DNA of 58,443 nt, taken from positions 64,001 through 122,443 of IMG/VR virus record IMGVR_UViG_3300045988_162434, one strand, 5' to 3'. Shown here piece by piece: positions 29,571-38,375 of the stretch. Both the position numbers and the translations under genes were made by a program. The notes beneath the pieces were generated by a model that searched no databases, was not told the DNA's origin, and was given only the letters and a program-made list of their open reading frames with translations. Numbering within the stretch: the stretch's first letter is position 1; every line of letters begins with the position of its first letter. Source of the DNA: a virus.

Positions 29571-31217
29571 ATGGAGGAAGTTTCACAGGTAAAACTAGAA
29601 GGCTCTCTTTATAACGTTAGAGACGAGCAAGCTAGAAAAACAATGATAAGTCGAACAAACCCTGTTATTGAAGGCTCGCTTAGTGTCAATAAAAAAGAAG
29701 AAACTGCGGTTGGCAATAATAGTGTTACTTTGAATACTAATAATAGCGCGACCGGGGAAGGCGCTACAGCGACTGGATTTGAGACTAACGCATCTGGAGA
29801 TTATTCTTTTACTCAGAATTTTCAAACTATAGCTTCAGGCAGTGGATCTCATGCAGAGGGATATAAGTGTGAAGCTAGCGGAGATTATTCTCATGCAGAG
29901 GGATGGATTACAAAGTCTAAAGAAGTAGCTTCACATAGTGAAGGATATTTGAATAATGCAACTGGGCTTTATGCACATTCAGAAGGATCATCAACAATAG
30001 CAAGTGGACAAAGTTCGCATACAGAAGGTAGTGGCGCGGTTGCTGCTGGTCACTACTCACATGCTGAAGGTATAGATACTAAAGTAGGTGAAACCGCAGC
30101 AAATGGTACCGTAAGTGGAGAAACAACAGGTAGTCAAGAGATAATTAAAAAGGATGAATTAAATCTTGCAATTCTTGGCGGACACGCGGAAGGTGTACAA
30201 ACTAAAGTTCTTAGTTCAGGCTGTCATGCAGAGGGTGTTGAAACCCAAGCTGGTGGAGTTGTTGAAGTGGGCGATACTGCAAAGCAGCAGTTAGGTTGCC
30301 ATGCTGAAGGTTATAGAACTATAGCTGGATATGATTATCAGAGTGTTTGTGGTTTTTATAATGATAATAAAAATACAACAATTTTTGAAGTTGGCAATGG
30401 TGTTATGGAACAAAGAAATAATGCCTTTGAAGTTTATAAAAATGGCGATGCTAAAATTCATGGTAATCTCTATATAGATACTGGCAAGGGTGAATCTGGT
30501 CAAATGAATTTAAGAGACTTATTAAAAGATATTAAACAGAATAACTTTTATATCTCTTATCATAATAATGAAACATTTGATGCACTACATGAACCAATTA
30601 TGGATACACTAACTGTAGATAGTGATTTATCTAATCTAACCGCAGGTAGATTTGATTTAGATAATTTAGTAGGAATAACTAAAGCAGATATTTATAAATT
30701 ATTTGATGGAAAAGAAAATACTTCAATTTCCTTACCTGATTCTAATTTTAGTTTAATATTTAACTTTAATGAAGAAGTTCAAATAGATATGGTAAAATTT
30801 GTAGTATCTAGTACAGGTAATGGTATTCCGGTATTACAAACTTGGAATCCAGACCTTGAGATCTGGGTGGATGCCGCGGATGCTTTTATAAATACTTCTA
30901 AAGTTACGACTATTGTTAAATATGTAAACCACATTCCTACATCTAAGTTTAGATTAACTTCACATTCTGATTCTGCTTTTAATTTATACGATTTACAAAT
31001 TTATGGTACTTCAATTAAGGGTAGAGTTTATAAGAAGGTAGAAGATAGATTAAGTTCTTATGATTTAGATGTTCAATTTTATGATACAGAAGTCTCTGAA
31101 TCTGATTATAAAGCTAATTTATCTTACTATAATACAGACAATGATGATAGTGCATATAATGCATTGGTTAGTTTATATAATACAACAATAAAGACTAAGG
31201 AAGGAGAAAGTAACTAA
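29571..31217 (+). CDS. tail fiber protein with SHAEG-type beta-helix repeats and a C-terminal discoidin/F5-F8-type-C-like carbohydrate-binding domain
   Basis: Repeats GDYSHAEGW, SSHTEGS, HYSHAEGI, GGHAEGV, GCHAEGV, GCHAEGY. C-terminus has KLFDGKENTSISL ... FNLYDLQIYGT (discoidin-like ending). Confidence 0.65.
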   Translation: MEEVSQVKLEGSLYNVRDEQARKTMISRTNPVIEGSLSVNKKEETAVGNNSVTLNTNNSATGEGATATGFETNASGDYSFTQNFQTIASGSGSHAEGYKCEASGDYSHAEGWITKSKEVASHSEGYLNNATGLYAHSEGSSTIASGQSSHTEGSGAVAAGHYSHAEGIDTKVGETAANGTVSGETTGSQEIIKKDELNLAILGGHAEGVQTKVLSSGCHAEGVETQAGGVVEVGDTAKQQLGCHAEGYRTIAGYDYQSVCGFYNDNKNTTIFEVGNGVMEQRNNAFEVYKNGDAKIHGNLYIDTGKGESGQMNLRDLLKDIKQNNFYISYHNNETFDALHEPIMDTLTVDSDLSNLTAGRFDLDNLVGITKADIYKLFDGKENTSISLPDSNFSLIFNFNEEVQIDMVKFVVSSTGNGIPVLQTWNPDLEIWVDAADAFINTSKVTTIVKYVNHIPTSKFRLTSHSDSAFNLYDLQIYGTSIKGRVYKKVEDRLSSYDLDVQFYDTEVSESDYKANLSYYNTDNDDSAYNALVSLYNTTIKTKEGESN

Positions 31218-31879
31218 TGTCTATTTTTAATAAAACTATAAGCTGTACAATAAACAATTTGCCAAAAGAATTTGAGACTCTTGTTACACAATGGGCAACA
31301 AATAAAAATGGTAATATGGCTTGCACAGTTAGTGAAACTACTTGTTCTTTGACTATTGATGAAGACGTGTGTACTTTTTCTTTTCCAACTACTGGAAACT
31401 ATAGTGGCTCATATCAATGGAGCATTACAATTTGTGATGCTCCAGACTATGAGTGTTGCACTATTTTAAATAGAGAAAGTTTTAGCGGCATTGATGGTAA
31501 TAATACAAGTAGCGCAGACCAAAGATATAATTTAATTATTTGTAAATATAATGGTACTTTAAAATGCTTAAATTCTGTATCTGTAGATGGATTTAGTTTA
31601 AGTGATTTATTTAATATACCAAAAGGTAGATATAATATTTCTTCTATAAATGATGTTTATATTACAAGAGCTTTAATAAATCCAAATTTAGCATCTGCAA
31701 ATGCAATCAATATTTCAGATAATTTATATTTATCTACAAATTTAATTAACGTTGGTGTGAAAACAATAGTTAAGAGCAAAGAAGATACTAGTAAACAGTT
31801 TATAAATGTTGGTGGGGTTTTCTATTTACCTTATTCTGCAAGTATTTTAACTATTAGTTCTAAAGAACTAAGTGCATAG
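31217..31879 (+). CDS. Cys-rich tail protein (220 aa) carrying the conserved fiber module at its C-terminus (paralog family member 1)
   Basis: Start overlaps the upstream stop (TAATG). C-terminus DNLYLSTNLINVGVKTIVKSKEDTSKQFINVGGVFYLPY is shared with the next three genes. Nine Cys in the N-terminal 110 aa. Confidence 0.7.
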   Translation: MSIFNKTISCTINNLPKEFETLVTQWATNKNGNMACTVSETTCSLTIDEDVCTFSFPTTGNYSGSYQWSITICDAPDYECCTILNRESFSGIDGNNTSSADQRYNLIICKYNGTLKCLNSVSVDGFSLSDLFNIPKGRYNISSINDVYITRALINPNLASANAINISDNLYLSTNLINVGVKTIVKSKEDTSKQFINVGGVFYLPYSASILTISSKELSA

Positions 31880-31908
31880 GGGCTTTTAAATAAGCCCCAA
31901 TTTATTTT
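31879..31908 (+). terminator. rho-independent terminator GGGGCTT-TTAAAT-AAGCCCC plus T-rich tail
   Basis: 7-bp GC stem overlapping the stop codon, followed by AATTTATTTT. Confidence 0.6.
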
Positions 31909-31928
31909 GAGAAAAAGGAGGAAAAGAG

Positions 31929-33356
31929 TTGGCTTTATTTTATTTTAGCATAGGCGCGACAGATACTAGTGCGACTTTGAAAGAGAGATTAGATGGAATA
32001 AGAGAAGACGGAGCAAATATTTCTTATACTATTGTTTCTGCAAATGAAGTTAATTTAAAGATAAATGAACTTACTTTTACAGTTAGATATAATTTATCAA
32101 AAGCTTCAACTGCACAATATTTTTGGTATTTATGTGATGCATATAAGAGAGAGAATTTAGTTATCTTATGTGATTCACCTAATGTAAATGAGAATGGTAA
32201 AGAAAATACTCTTGGTTTAGCAATTTATAATAGAGTATATTTTAGATATAAAAATGAAATGATTGAAATTCCTTTTAAAGAAGATACTTTTGCTACAAGA
32301 TTTAATTTAATAAAAGGAAGATTTAATACTTTTGATGATGAAAACGAAAATAGTGATTCTGTTATGTTAACTCGATGTACTTTTAATAATGGCAATGAGG
32401 TTGATAATGGTGGGGTTGTTATTTCTGATTATTTATATATTTCTTCCAATTTACAAGATGTTAATTTTAAAACTATTGTTAAAGATGAAAATGGTAATAG
32501 TTTTATAAATGTAGGTGGTGTCTTTTATATGGATAATGTAGATTATGTTATAAAAGATAGCACTTGTCCTTTATTGGTTATAGTACCAGATGGAAGAATT
32601 AAATATGAGTGGAATGCAAATACTGAAATTGTAAATGATATTTGGTTAGATACAACGAAAACAATCAGTGCTAAATTTAATAATAGCAATCATAAAATTC
32701 AAAATAATAGTATTATAATTACTGGTCCAGCGTTAATGAATTTATCTCTTTCTAATAATATAACAAATGGTTTTACATTATATCTTATTTTTAAAAACTA
32801 TAATGGTCATTCCCATCCAGAATTATCATTACAGTATAATAATCAAGATATACTTTATAGTGGGTATGATTTTTCATATATTTTTAATAATCAGGATAAT
32901 AAATTAGGAGTATATGTAAATAGAACAGATCGCTATAGTGATTTAAGTTATCCACTTTTTACATATTCTTCATATAAAGAAATAGAACATCTTGTTAATA
33001 ATAGTAGTTTTTATACTTTTAATATTGATATTTCAAATAAACCTTTATTAGTTTATGCTTTAAAAATTTCAAAAAATAAAAACTTATCTTATAACTCTCC
33101 TCCAAAATTATCTATTTTTGTCAAAGATAAAAAATTTTATGATAATATTTTAACACAATATGATTCAGGAGGAATAGCTTCCAGTACTTGCGATATAGAC
33201 AATATAGAAGCAGTATTTTCTTCCCAAATAAGCGATGGAATTTATGGAGAAATTAAATATATAGGTCTTCAACCAAGTGGAGAAACAAGTGATGATGAAA
33301 TACTTGAAAACATGCAATATTTAACAAAAAAATTTAAGTTAGATCAGGAGGAGTAA
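31929..33356 (+). CDS. receptor-binding/tail fiber-like protein, paralog 2 (475 aa)
   Basis: TTG start with RBS AAAGGAGGAAAAG. Shares the N-terminal roughly 200 aa and middle module (LY.S.NL...FKTIVKDE.G..FINVGG.FY) with paralogs 3 and 4. Divergent C-terminal roughly 270 aa. Confidence 0.75.
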   Translation: MALFYFSIGATDTSATLKERLDGIREDGANISYTIVSANEVNLKINELTFTVRYNLSKASTAQYFWYLCDAYKRENLVILCDSPNVNENGKENTLGLAIYNRVYFRYKNEMIEIPFKEDTFATRFNLIKGRFNTFDDENENSDSVMLTRCTFNNGNEVDNGGVVISDYLYISSNLQDVNFKTIVKDENGNSFINVGGVFYMDNVDYVIKDSTCPLLVIVPDGRIKYEWNANTEIVNDIWLDTTKTISAKFNNSNHKIQNNSIIITGPALMNLSLSNNITNGFTLYLIFKNYNGHSHPELSLQYNNQDILYSGYDFSYIFNNQDNKLGVYVNRTDRYSDLSYPLFTYSSYKEIEHLVNNSSFYTFNIDISNKPLLVYALKISKNKNLSYNSPPKLSIFVKDKKFYDNILTQYDSGGIASSTCDIDNIEAVFSSQISDGIYGEIKYIGLQPSGETSDDEILENMQYLTKKFKLDQEE

Positions 33357-33357
33357 A

Positions 33358-34662
33358 ATGGGATTATATAAATTTAGTATCGCGGCTGCCGCGTCTCTTA
33401 GTGATATTGAAGCTAAAATCACTAGCGCTAGGGAGCAAGGCGCGAATATTTATCTACACACCATTGTAGATATAGGTAACTTAAATTTGTCAATAAATGA
33501 TAAAAATGTTACAATAAACTATGATTTAATTGGAACAAAACAGAATAGTTTATTCCATTGGTATATTTGTGATACAGTTGGATATGAGACTATTATTATT
33601 TTATATAATTCAGGAACTGAATCAGATAGTACGTTTGGTTTAGCTAATTATAATCGAATCTATTTTAATGTGAAGAATCAACTGGTGTCAAACCCAAAGA
33701 TCTCAGCGACGCTAGCCGCGCAATTTAATGTTCTTAGAGGACGATTTGATTCATATGAATCAGATGGTGGCAATGATGATGTAATTATGTTAACCAAATG
33801 TGTCTATAATGATGGATCTAATATTGAAACAGGAGAAGCTATTGTTACAGATAATCTTTATGTTTCAACTAATTTAAGGTCAACTTCATTTAAGACTATT
33901 GTTAAAGATGAAGATGGCAAGCAATTTATAAATGTTGGTGGAATTTTTTATTTGCCATATAGTGAAAAAATTATGTATCCTAGTTTTAGTGAAAAACAAT
34001 GGATATTACCGCTAGGGAGTATTGATTATGAGTGGCATCCTGCTACAACAGCTGTTAAGTCTAAATGGTATGATACAAACAATAATAAAAATTTTACTTT
34101 TAATAGCTGTTCTTATGAAACTAATATAGAGAATTTTTATAAAAGTATATTAAAATATACTACTCATACTACTCATTCTGGTGCAATATACTCGGAGAAT
34201 ATAGATTTTTTTAATTCACCATCTAGCTCTTTAATTTTTTATATTATAATAGCATCAAGAGAAAAATGCAATGAGAATATCCCTTATCTTCAATTATGTT
34301 TTGCTGAGAGTAACGGCGAACAAGGGGTGTATTTTTATGGAGATGATACAATTCAAGTTAAAGTAATTAAATCTGGTAGCGGCAGCACGGAATATTTTGC
34401 AACGAGACAAGACCCTTTAAAATATAATGTTTATGCAGTTAAAGTTAGTGAGTTTGTTGCCAACTCTTCATCCTATGCAGCAAATTTTTCTGTATATATA
34501 AATGGAAAGTTTATAAGACTTTTTAATAATGCATTGTGTGGTAATTGGTTAAGATTAGGTATCTCTAATTTTAAATATGTTGGTATAGTAGAACATGATC
34601 AAACATCTGAGGAGATTATTAAAAATTCTCAATTACTTATGAAAAAGTTTGATATATATTAA
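33358..34662 (+). CDS. receptor-binding/tail fiber-like protein, paralog 3 (434 aa)
   Basis: RBS CAGGAGGAG. Same conserved N-terminal and middle module, different C-terminal domain, conserved acidic C-terminal tail. Confidence 0.75.
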   Translation: MGLYKFSIAAAASLSDIEAKITSAREQGANIYLHTIVDIGNLNLSINDKNVTINYDLIGTKQNSLFHWYICDTVGYETIIILYNSGTESDSTFGLANYNRIYFNVKNQLVSNPKISATLAAQFNVLRGRFDSYESDGGNDDVIMLTKCVYNDGSNIETGEAIVTDNLYVSTNLRSTSFKTIVKDEDGKQFINVGGIFYLPYSEKIMYPSFSEKQWILPLGSIDYEWHPATTAVKSKWYDTNNNKNFTFNSCSYETNIENFYKSILKYTTHTTHSGAIYSENIDFFNSPSSSLIFYIIIASREKCNENIPYLQLCFAESNGEQGVYFYGDDTIQVKVIKSGSGSTEYFATRQDPLKYNVYAVKVSEFVANSSSYAANFSVYINGKFIRLFNNALCGNWLRLGISNFKYVGIVEHDQTSEEIIKNSQLLMKKFDIY

Positions 34663-34674
34663 GGAGGTTAAAAC

Positions 34675-36252
34675 ATGGCTTTATTTCAATTTAGTACATC
34701 AATTAGTACAACAGTTTCAGAATTAGCTGATAAATTAACCTCTTGGCAGGATAGCGGAGCTAGTATATCAGAAATTGCAATTTCTAATATCAATGATATA
34801 AGTTTTTTAATAAATGATAAATATTGTAATGTTAAATATAATATATCTTTTTCTCAAAATGCAAATTATTTTTGGTTTTTATGTGATAGTGTTGGATATG
34901 AAACTTTAATTGTTTTATGTGATTCCCCTATTGTTAATGAAAATGGGTATAAAGGAAGTCTTGGAAATGCGTTGTATAATGCGATTTATTTTTTACATAA
35001 TGGTAGATTGGTAAGAAATCCTCAAATTGATGAACCTATATGTAGTCAATTTAATATTCCTAATGGTTCTGTTGTTGAAAGTTCTGATGATAGAATTATA
35101 TTTACTAGATGTACTTTTAATAATGGTGTTAATATAGAAGTAGGTTCAAATGAGATAACTGACAAATTATATATATCAACAAATTTAATTTCTGCTGGTT
35201 TTTTAACTGAAATTACAGGATCGGGGCAAAAATTTATAAATATTGGTGGGATATTCTATTTACCTTATAATGATGTTGTTTTAAGTCTAAGCAAGTATAA
35301 AAAAAGAAGTGTTTTAAAAAATGCTGAAATAGAATTATGGGCAGGTTGTTATGAAGATAATGAAAAAATATATGATAAAAAAAATAATGTTTTTTATAAA
35401 AACACTTATAATAATATAAAAATAGTTCCAGACGGGAATATGGAAATGGGATATATTGATTTAGATGCTGGTGATAGGTTGCTGTTGACAAGCAAAGAGC
35501 CTTTTTATAATAAAACAATTTATTTAGTTGCTTATGATACTGGAATAGAATCTTTTGATCAACAAAGTCAGGAGTCAGAAGTCGGTTATATGAAAAAAAT
35601 AATCACAAGTGGAATTACCTTTAGAGAGGTTTCGACAGATAAGATATCTTTTTATCCTGAAATGTTTAGTTTAAATAAAATAAGTGCATGGGGATCGTCG
35701 CCGTCTTATAAGAAGGAATTAGGATATGCTTTAATGAATTATAAAAACCAAAATTGGAATAAAACTGACCCAAAACCAGTACCAATATATTTTAATTATT
35801 CATTATTATCTAAAAAAGATAATTATTTTCTCTTACACTATCCAAAAGCTCATGAAGCAGTTTGGGCATTCAAAGATATAAAAGTTAAAAAAAATATATA
35901 CGTATTAAAGTCTCCTGTTGTTAAAAATGGTGAATATTCAGCATTTATAAATAATTTAAAAATAGAAAAAAGCGCAAGTTATTTTATAGAATCTTATAAG
36001 CCTGATTCTTATAATAAAGCAGACTATTTCTTAATAATAGGAGGTAGACAAGGTGCGGACAGTAGTGTCATTAGCCCAGTAGCTTTTCCAACTGAAGAAA
36101 ACACTTTTTATCATAATCAAATTAGAAATACATCAGAATTAAAAATAGATTATTTTGGAATAATAGAAGAATCACAGTCTGATGAAGAAATACAAAAAAA
36201 TATTCAAAAGTTAGCAAAAATCTTTAAAGTAGATTTAGAAGAGCCCTCATAA
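34675..36252 (+). CDS. receptor-binding/tail fiber-like protein, paralog 4 (525 aa)
   Basis: RBS AAGGAGG. Same module. The longest and most divergent C-terminal domain. Confidence 0.75.
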   Translation: MALFQFSTSISTTVSELADKLTSWQDSGASISEIAISNINDISFLINDKYCNVKYNISFSQNANYFWFLCDSVGYETLIVLCDSPIVNENGYKGSLGNALYNAIYFLHNGRLVRNPQIDEPICSQFNIPNGSVVESSDDRIIFTRCTFNNGVNIEVGSNEITDKLYISTNLISAGFLTEITGSGQKFINIGGIFYLPYNDVVLSLSKYKKRSVLKNAEIELWAGCYEDNEKIYDKKNNVFYKNTYNNIKIVPDGNMEMGYIDLDAGDRLLLTSKEPFYNKTIYLVAYDTGIESFDQQSQESEVGYMKKIITSGITFREVSTDKISFYPEMFSLNKISAWGSSPSYKKELGYALMNYKNQNWNKTDPKPVPIYFNYSLLSKKDNYFLLHYPKAHEAVWAFKDIKVKKNIYVLKSPVVKNGEYSAFINNLKIEKSASYFIESYKPDSYNKADYFLIIGGRQGADSSVISPVAFPTEENTFYHNQIRNTSELKIDYFGIIEESQSDEEIQKNIQKLAKIFKVDLEEPS

Positions 36253-36266
36253 GAGGGCTCTTTTTT
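36241..36266 (+). terminator. rho-independent terminator GAGCCCTC-ATAA-GAGGGCTC plus T6
   Basis: Perfect 8-bp stem including the stop codon, followed by TTTTTT. Confidence 0.8.
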
Positions 36267-36437
36267 ATTGTAACTAATTATTTTTTAATCTTACGTATTT
36301 TTTTCCTTTATCTTCATAAAATAGCATCTCCTGTTAAATTCTAAATATTTCTCTTTGTCTCTGCTATCTCTTTAACAAAACTAGCTAATAGACATGCAGC
36401 CTTTTGGATATATCTATGATAGAAAGGAGGAAACTAA

Positions 36438-36836
36438 ATGTTTCAACCAAATGCATATTATTATCCAAATCAGCCGCAACAGTCATATGCACCTAGACAG
36501 GTTCCATATGAGATGCCGCAACAGAATCTCTTGAAAGGAAGATTTGTTTCATCAATAGATGAAGTTAGAGCAGCTCAAGTTGATTTTGATGGAAGTATTT
36601 TTGTTTTTCCAGATATGGCAAATAAAAAAATTTATACCAAACAAATTGACTTAAATGGTAATGTTAAATTAGAAGAATATGATTGGGTACCTATTGAGAA
36701 GACCTCGGCAATCGGTGATTTTGTTACCAAACAGGAATTTGAGGAAACTATGGCTAAAGTTAAAGAAGCTATTTCTCAAGCTACACAGCCACAAGTAACC
36801 CAGCAACCGCAAAGTAAAGAAGGATTTAATTTTTAA
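36438..36836 (+). CDS. hypothetical protein with Q/P/Y-rich low-complexity N-terminus (132 aa)
   Basis: RBS GAAAGGAGGAAAC. N-terminus MFQPNAYYYPNQPQQSYAPRQVPYEMPQQ. Confidence 0.7.
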   Translation: MFQPNAYYYPNQPQQSYAPRQVPYEMPQQNLLKGRFVSSIDEVRAAQVDFDGSIFVFPDMANKKIYTKQIDLNGNVKLEEYDWVPIEKTSAIGDFVTKQEFEETMAKVKEAISQATQPQVTQQPQSKEGFNF

Positions 36837-36857
36837 ATAAGAAAGGAAGAAGAGAGA

Positions 36858-37109
36858 ATGCAAGGACAAGGTTTTAATCCAATGCAAATTATTCAAGCAA
36901 TTCAGAGTGGAGCAAATCCGCAACAGATTACTATGAATATCCTCCAAGAAAAAATGGGACAGACCCCTATGGGACAAAATTTAATGCAATTAGCACAAAT
37001 GGGAAACTCATCTCAGTTAATGCAGATTGCTAAGAATTTATCTAATCAAAAGGGTGTCAATTTTGATCAAGAATTTACCGCCTTTAAAAACAAAATGGGC
37101 GTTAAATAA
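36858..37109 (+). CDS. hypothetical Q/M-rich small protein (83 aa)
   Basis: RBS GAAAGGAAGAAGAG. Repetitive MQ..Q composition. Confidence 0.6.
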   Translation: MQGQGFNPMQIIQAIQSGANPQQITMNILQEKMGQTPMGQNLMQLAQMGNSSQLMQIAKNLSNQKGVNFDQEFTAFKNKMGVK

Positions 37110-37133
37110 TATATATTAAAGGAGGACATTCAT

Positions 37134-37925
37134 ATGTTCAATGGAAACACTAGTGGCTATTCATTAGCCGATATCGCAGCCGCAACAGGCGGAAACGATA
37201 GAAACAATGGATGGGGAGGAGATTGTTGGTGGATCGTTCTTTTCATCTTAATTCTTGCCGGCGGAAATAACTGGGGTGATGGATTATTTGGTGGTAAAGA
37301 CGCAACAGCTTCTGGTATTACTGATGGCTATATCCTTACAACAGATTTCGCTAACATCGAAAGAAAAATTGATAGCGTAAACAATGGTATTTGTGATGGA
37401 TTCTATGCTATGAACACAGGTATGCTTAATGGGTTTAATTCATTAGGTAATGCTATTCAGGGTGCTCAGGCTGATGTAACTGCTGCAGTAAATGCAGATA
37501 CAATAGCAAATATGCAGAATACAAATGCTATTACTAGCCAACTTACTGGTATTGGTACACAGATTGCTCAATGCTGCTGCGATCAGAGATACGAGAGCGC
37601 AACTCAGTTTGCTAACTTAAACTATAATATTGCAGATCAGAGCTGTCAAACAAGACAAGCTATTGCTGATTCTTCAAGAAATATTATAGCTAATCAAGAC
37701 GCTAATACAAGAAGTATCTTAGACTTCTTAACACAAGACAAGATTGCTACTCTTACAGCTGAGAATCAGTCACTTAAATTTGCTGCTTCACAGGCTGCAC
37801 AGAACACATATCTTGTAAATGCACTTAGCCCAGCTCCAGTTCCATCATATCAAGTTCCAAATCCTTATACAGGAATGTATGGATATAGAGCATGCTGCAA
37901 TACTGGATGCGGATGTACTGTATAG
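37134..37925 (+). CDS. membrane-anchored protein (263 aa) with a Gly/Trp-rich 'tiny-TM' YjcZ-like N-terminal segment and a Cys-cluster C-terminus
   Basis: RBS AAAGGAGGA. GWGGDCWWIVLFILILAGGNNWGDGLFGG. C-terminal QCCCDQRY ... RACCNTGCGCTV. Confidence 0.7.
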   Translation: MFNGNTSGYSLADIAAATGGNDRNNGWGGDCWWIVLFILILAGGNNWGDGLFGGKDATASGITDGYILTTDFANIERKIDSVNNGICDGFYAMNTGMLNGFNSLGNAIQGAQADVTAAVNADTIANMQNTNAITSQLTGIGTQIAQCCCDQRYESATQFANLNYNIADQSCQTRQAIADSSRNIIANQDANTRSILDFLTQDKIATLTAENQSLKFAASQAAQNTYLVNALSPAPVPSYQVPNPYTGMYGYRACCNTGCGCTV

Positions 37926-37938
37926 GAGGTAAGTAACT

Positions 37939-38361
37939 ATGGAAATTACAGCTAATGCTGCTCAATCTGTTGCAGCAAGTCAAAATGTGGTATTCACGGA
38001 TACTGCTGTTCCTGGTAACTGCTCCATTATTCACAGAGAAGGTTCTGGTTTAACTAAATTGCGCGGTCTCACAACTACGCAGTGTAGAGCTAGATTCAAA
38101 GCTACATTCGGTGGTAACATAGCAGTTCCAACAGGTGGCACTGCAGGAGCAATTTCTGTTGCTTTAACTGTAGATGGCGAGCCTGTGGGTACAACAACTA
38201 TGACAGTAACTCCAGCCGCAGTAAGTGAGTATTTTAATGTAGGAGCAAGTATTTATCTTGATGTGCCTGCGGGGTGTTGCTCTACTATTGGAGTAACAAA
38301 CATTTCTTCTCAGGCTATTTCTGTAATAAATGCTAATCTTATAGTAGAAAGAGTTGCTTAA
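37939..38361 (+). CDS. BclA C-terminal-domain-like (C1q/TNF-like jelly-roll) protein, 140 aa, without a collagen region
   Basis: RBS AGGAGGTAAG. LTVDGEPVGTTTM and the C-terminal ...NANLIVERVA resemble the Bacillus BclA C-terminal domain (...IQVNGVPVPGT... ...SIIIEKVA). Confidence 0.6.
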   Translation: MEITANAAQSVAASQNVVFTDTAVPGNCSIIHREGSGLTKLRGLTTTQCRARFKATFGGNIAVPTGGTAGAISVALTVDGEPVGTTTMTVTPAAVSEYFNVGASIYLDVPAGCCSTIGVTNISSQAISVINANLIVERVA

Positions 38362-38375
38362 GGAGGGTTATGAAA

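Noticed and set aside
35485-35513. TTGACA...TATAAT inside RBP paralog 4
   Set aside because: The spacer is only 15 nt and it lies in the middle of a coding region. Likely a chance match in AT-rich DNA.
36267-36437. Sporulation-type (sigma-K CATA---TA or sigma-E) promoter upstream of the 36438 gene block
   Set aside because: A CATAAAATA match exists (about 36318), but the upstream AC lies about 20 nt away rather than 16-17 nt. Such motifs are frequent by chance in AT-rich DNA. Mentioned only as something to test.
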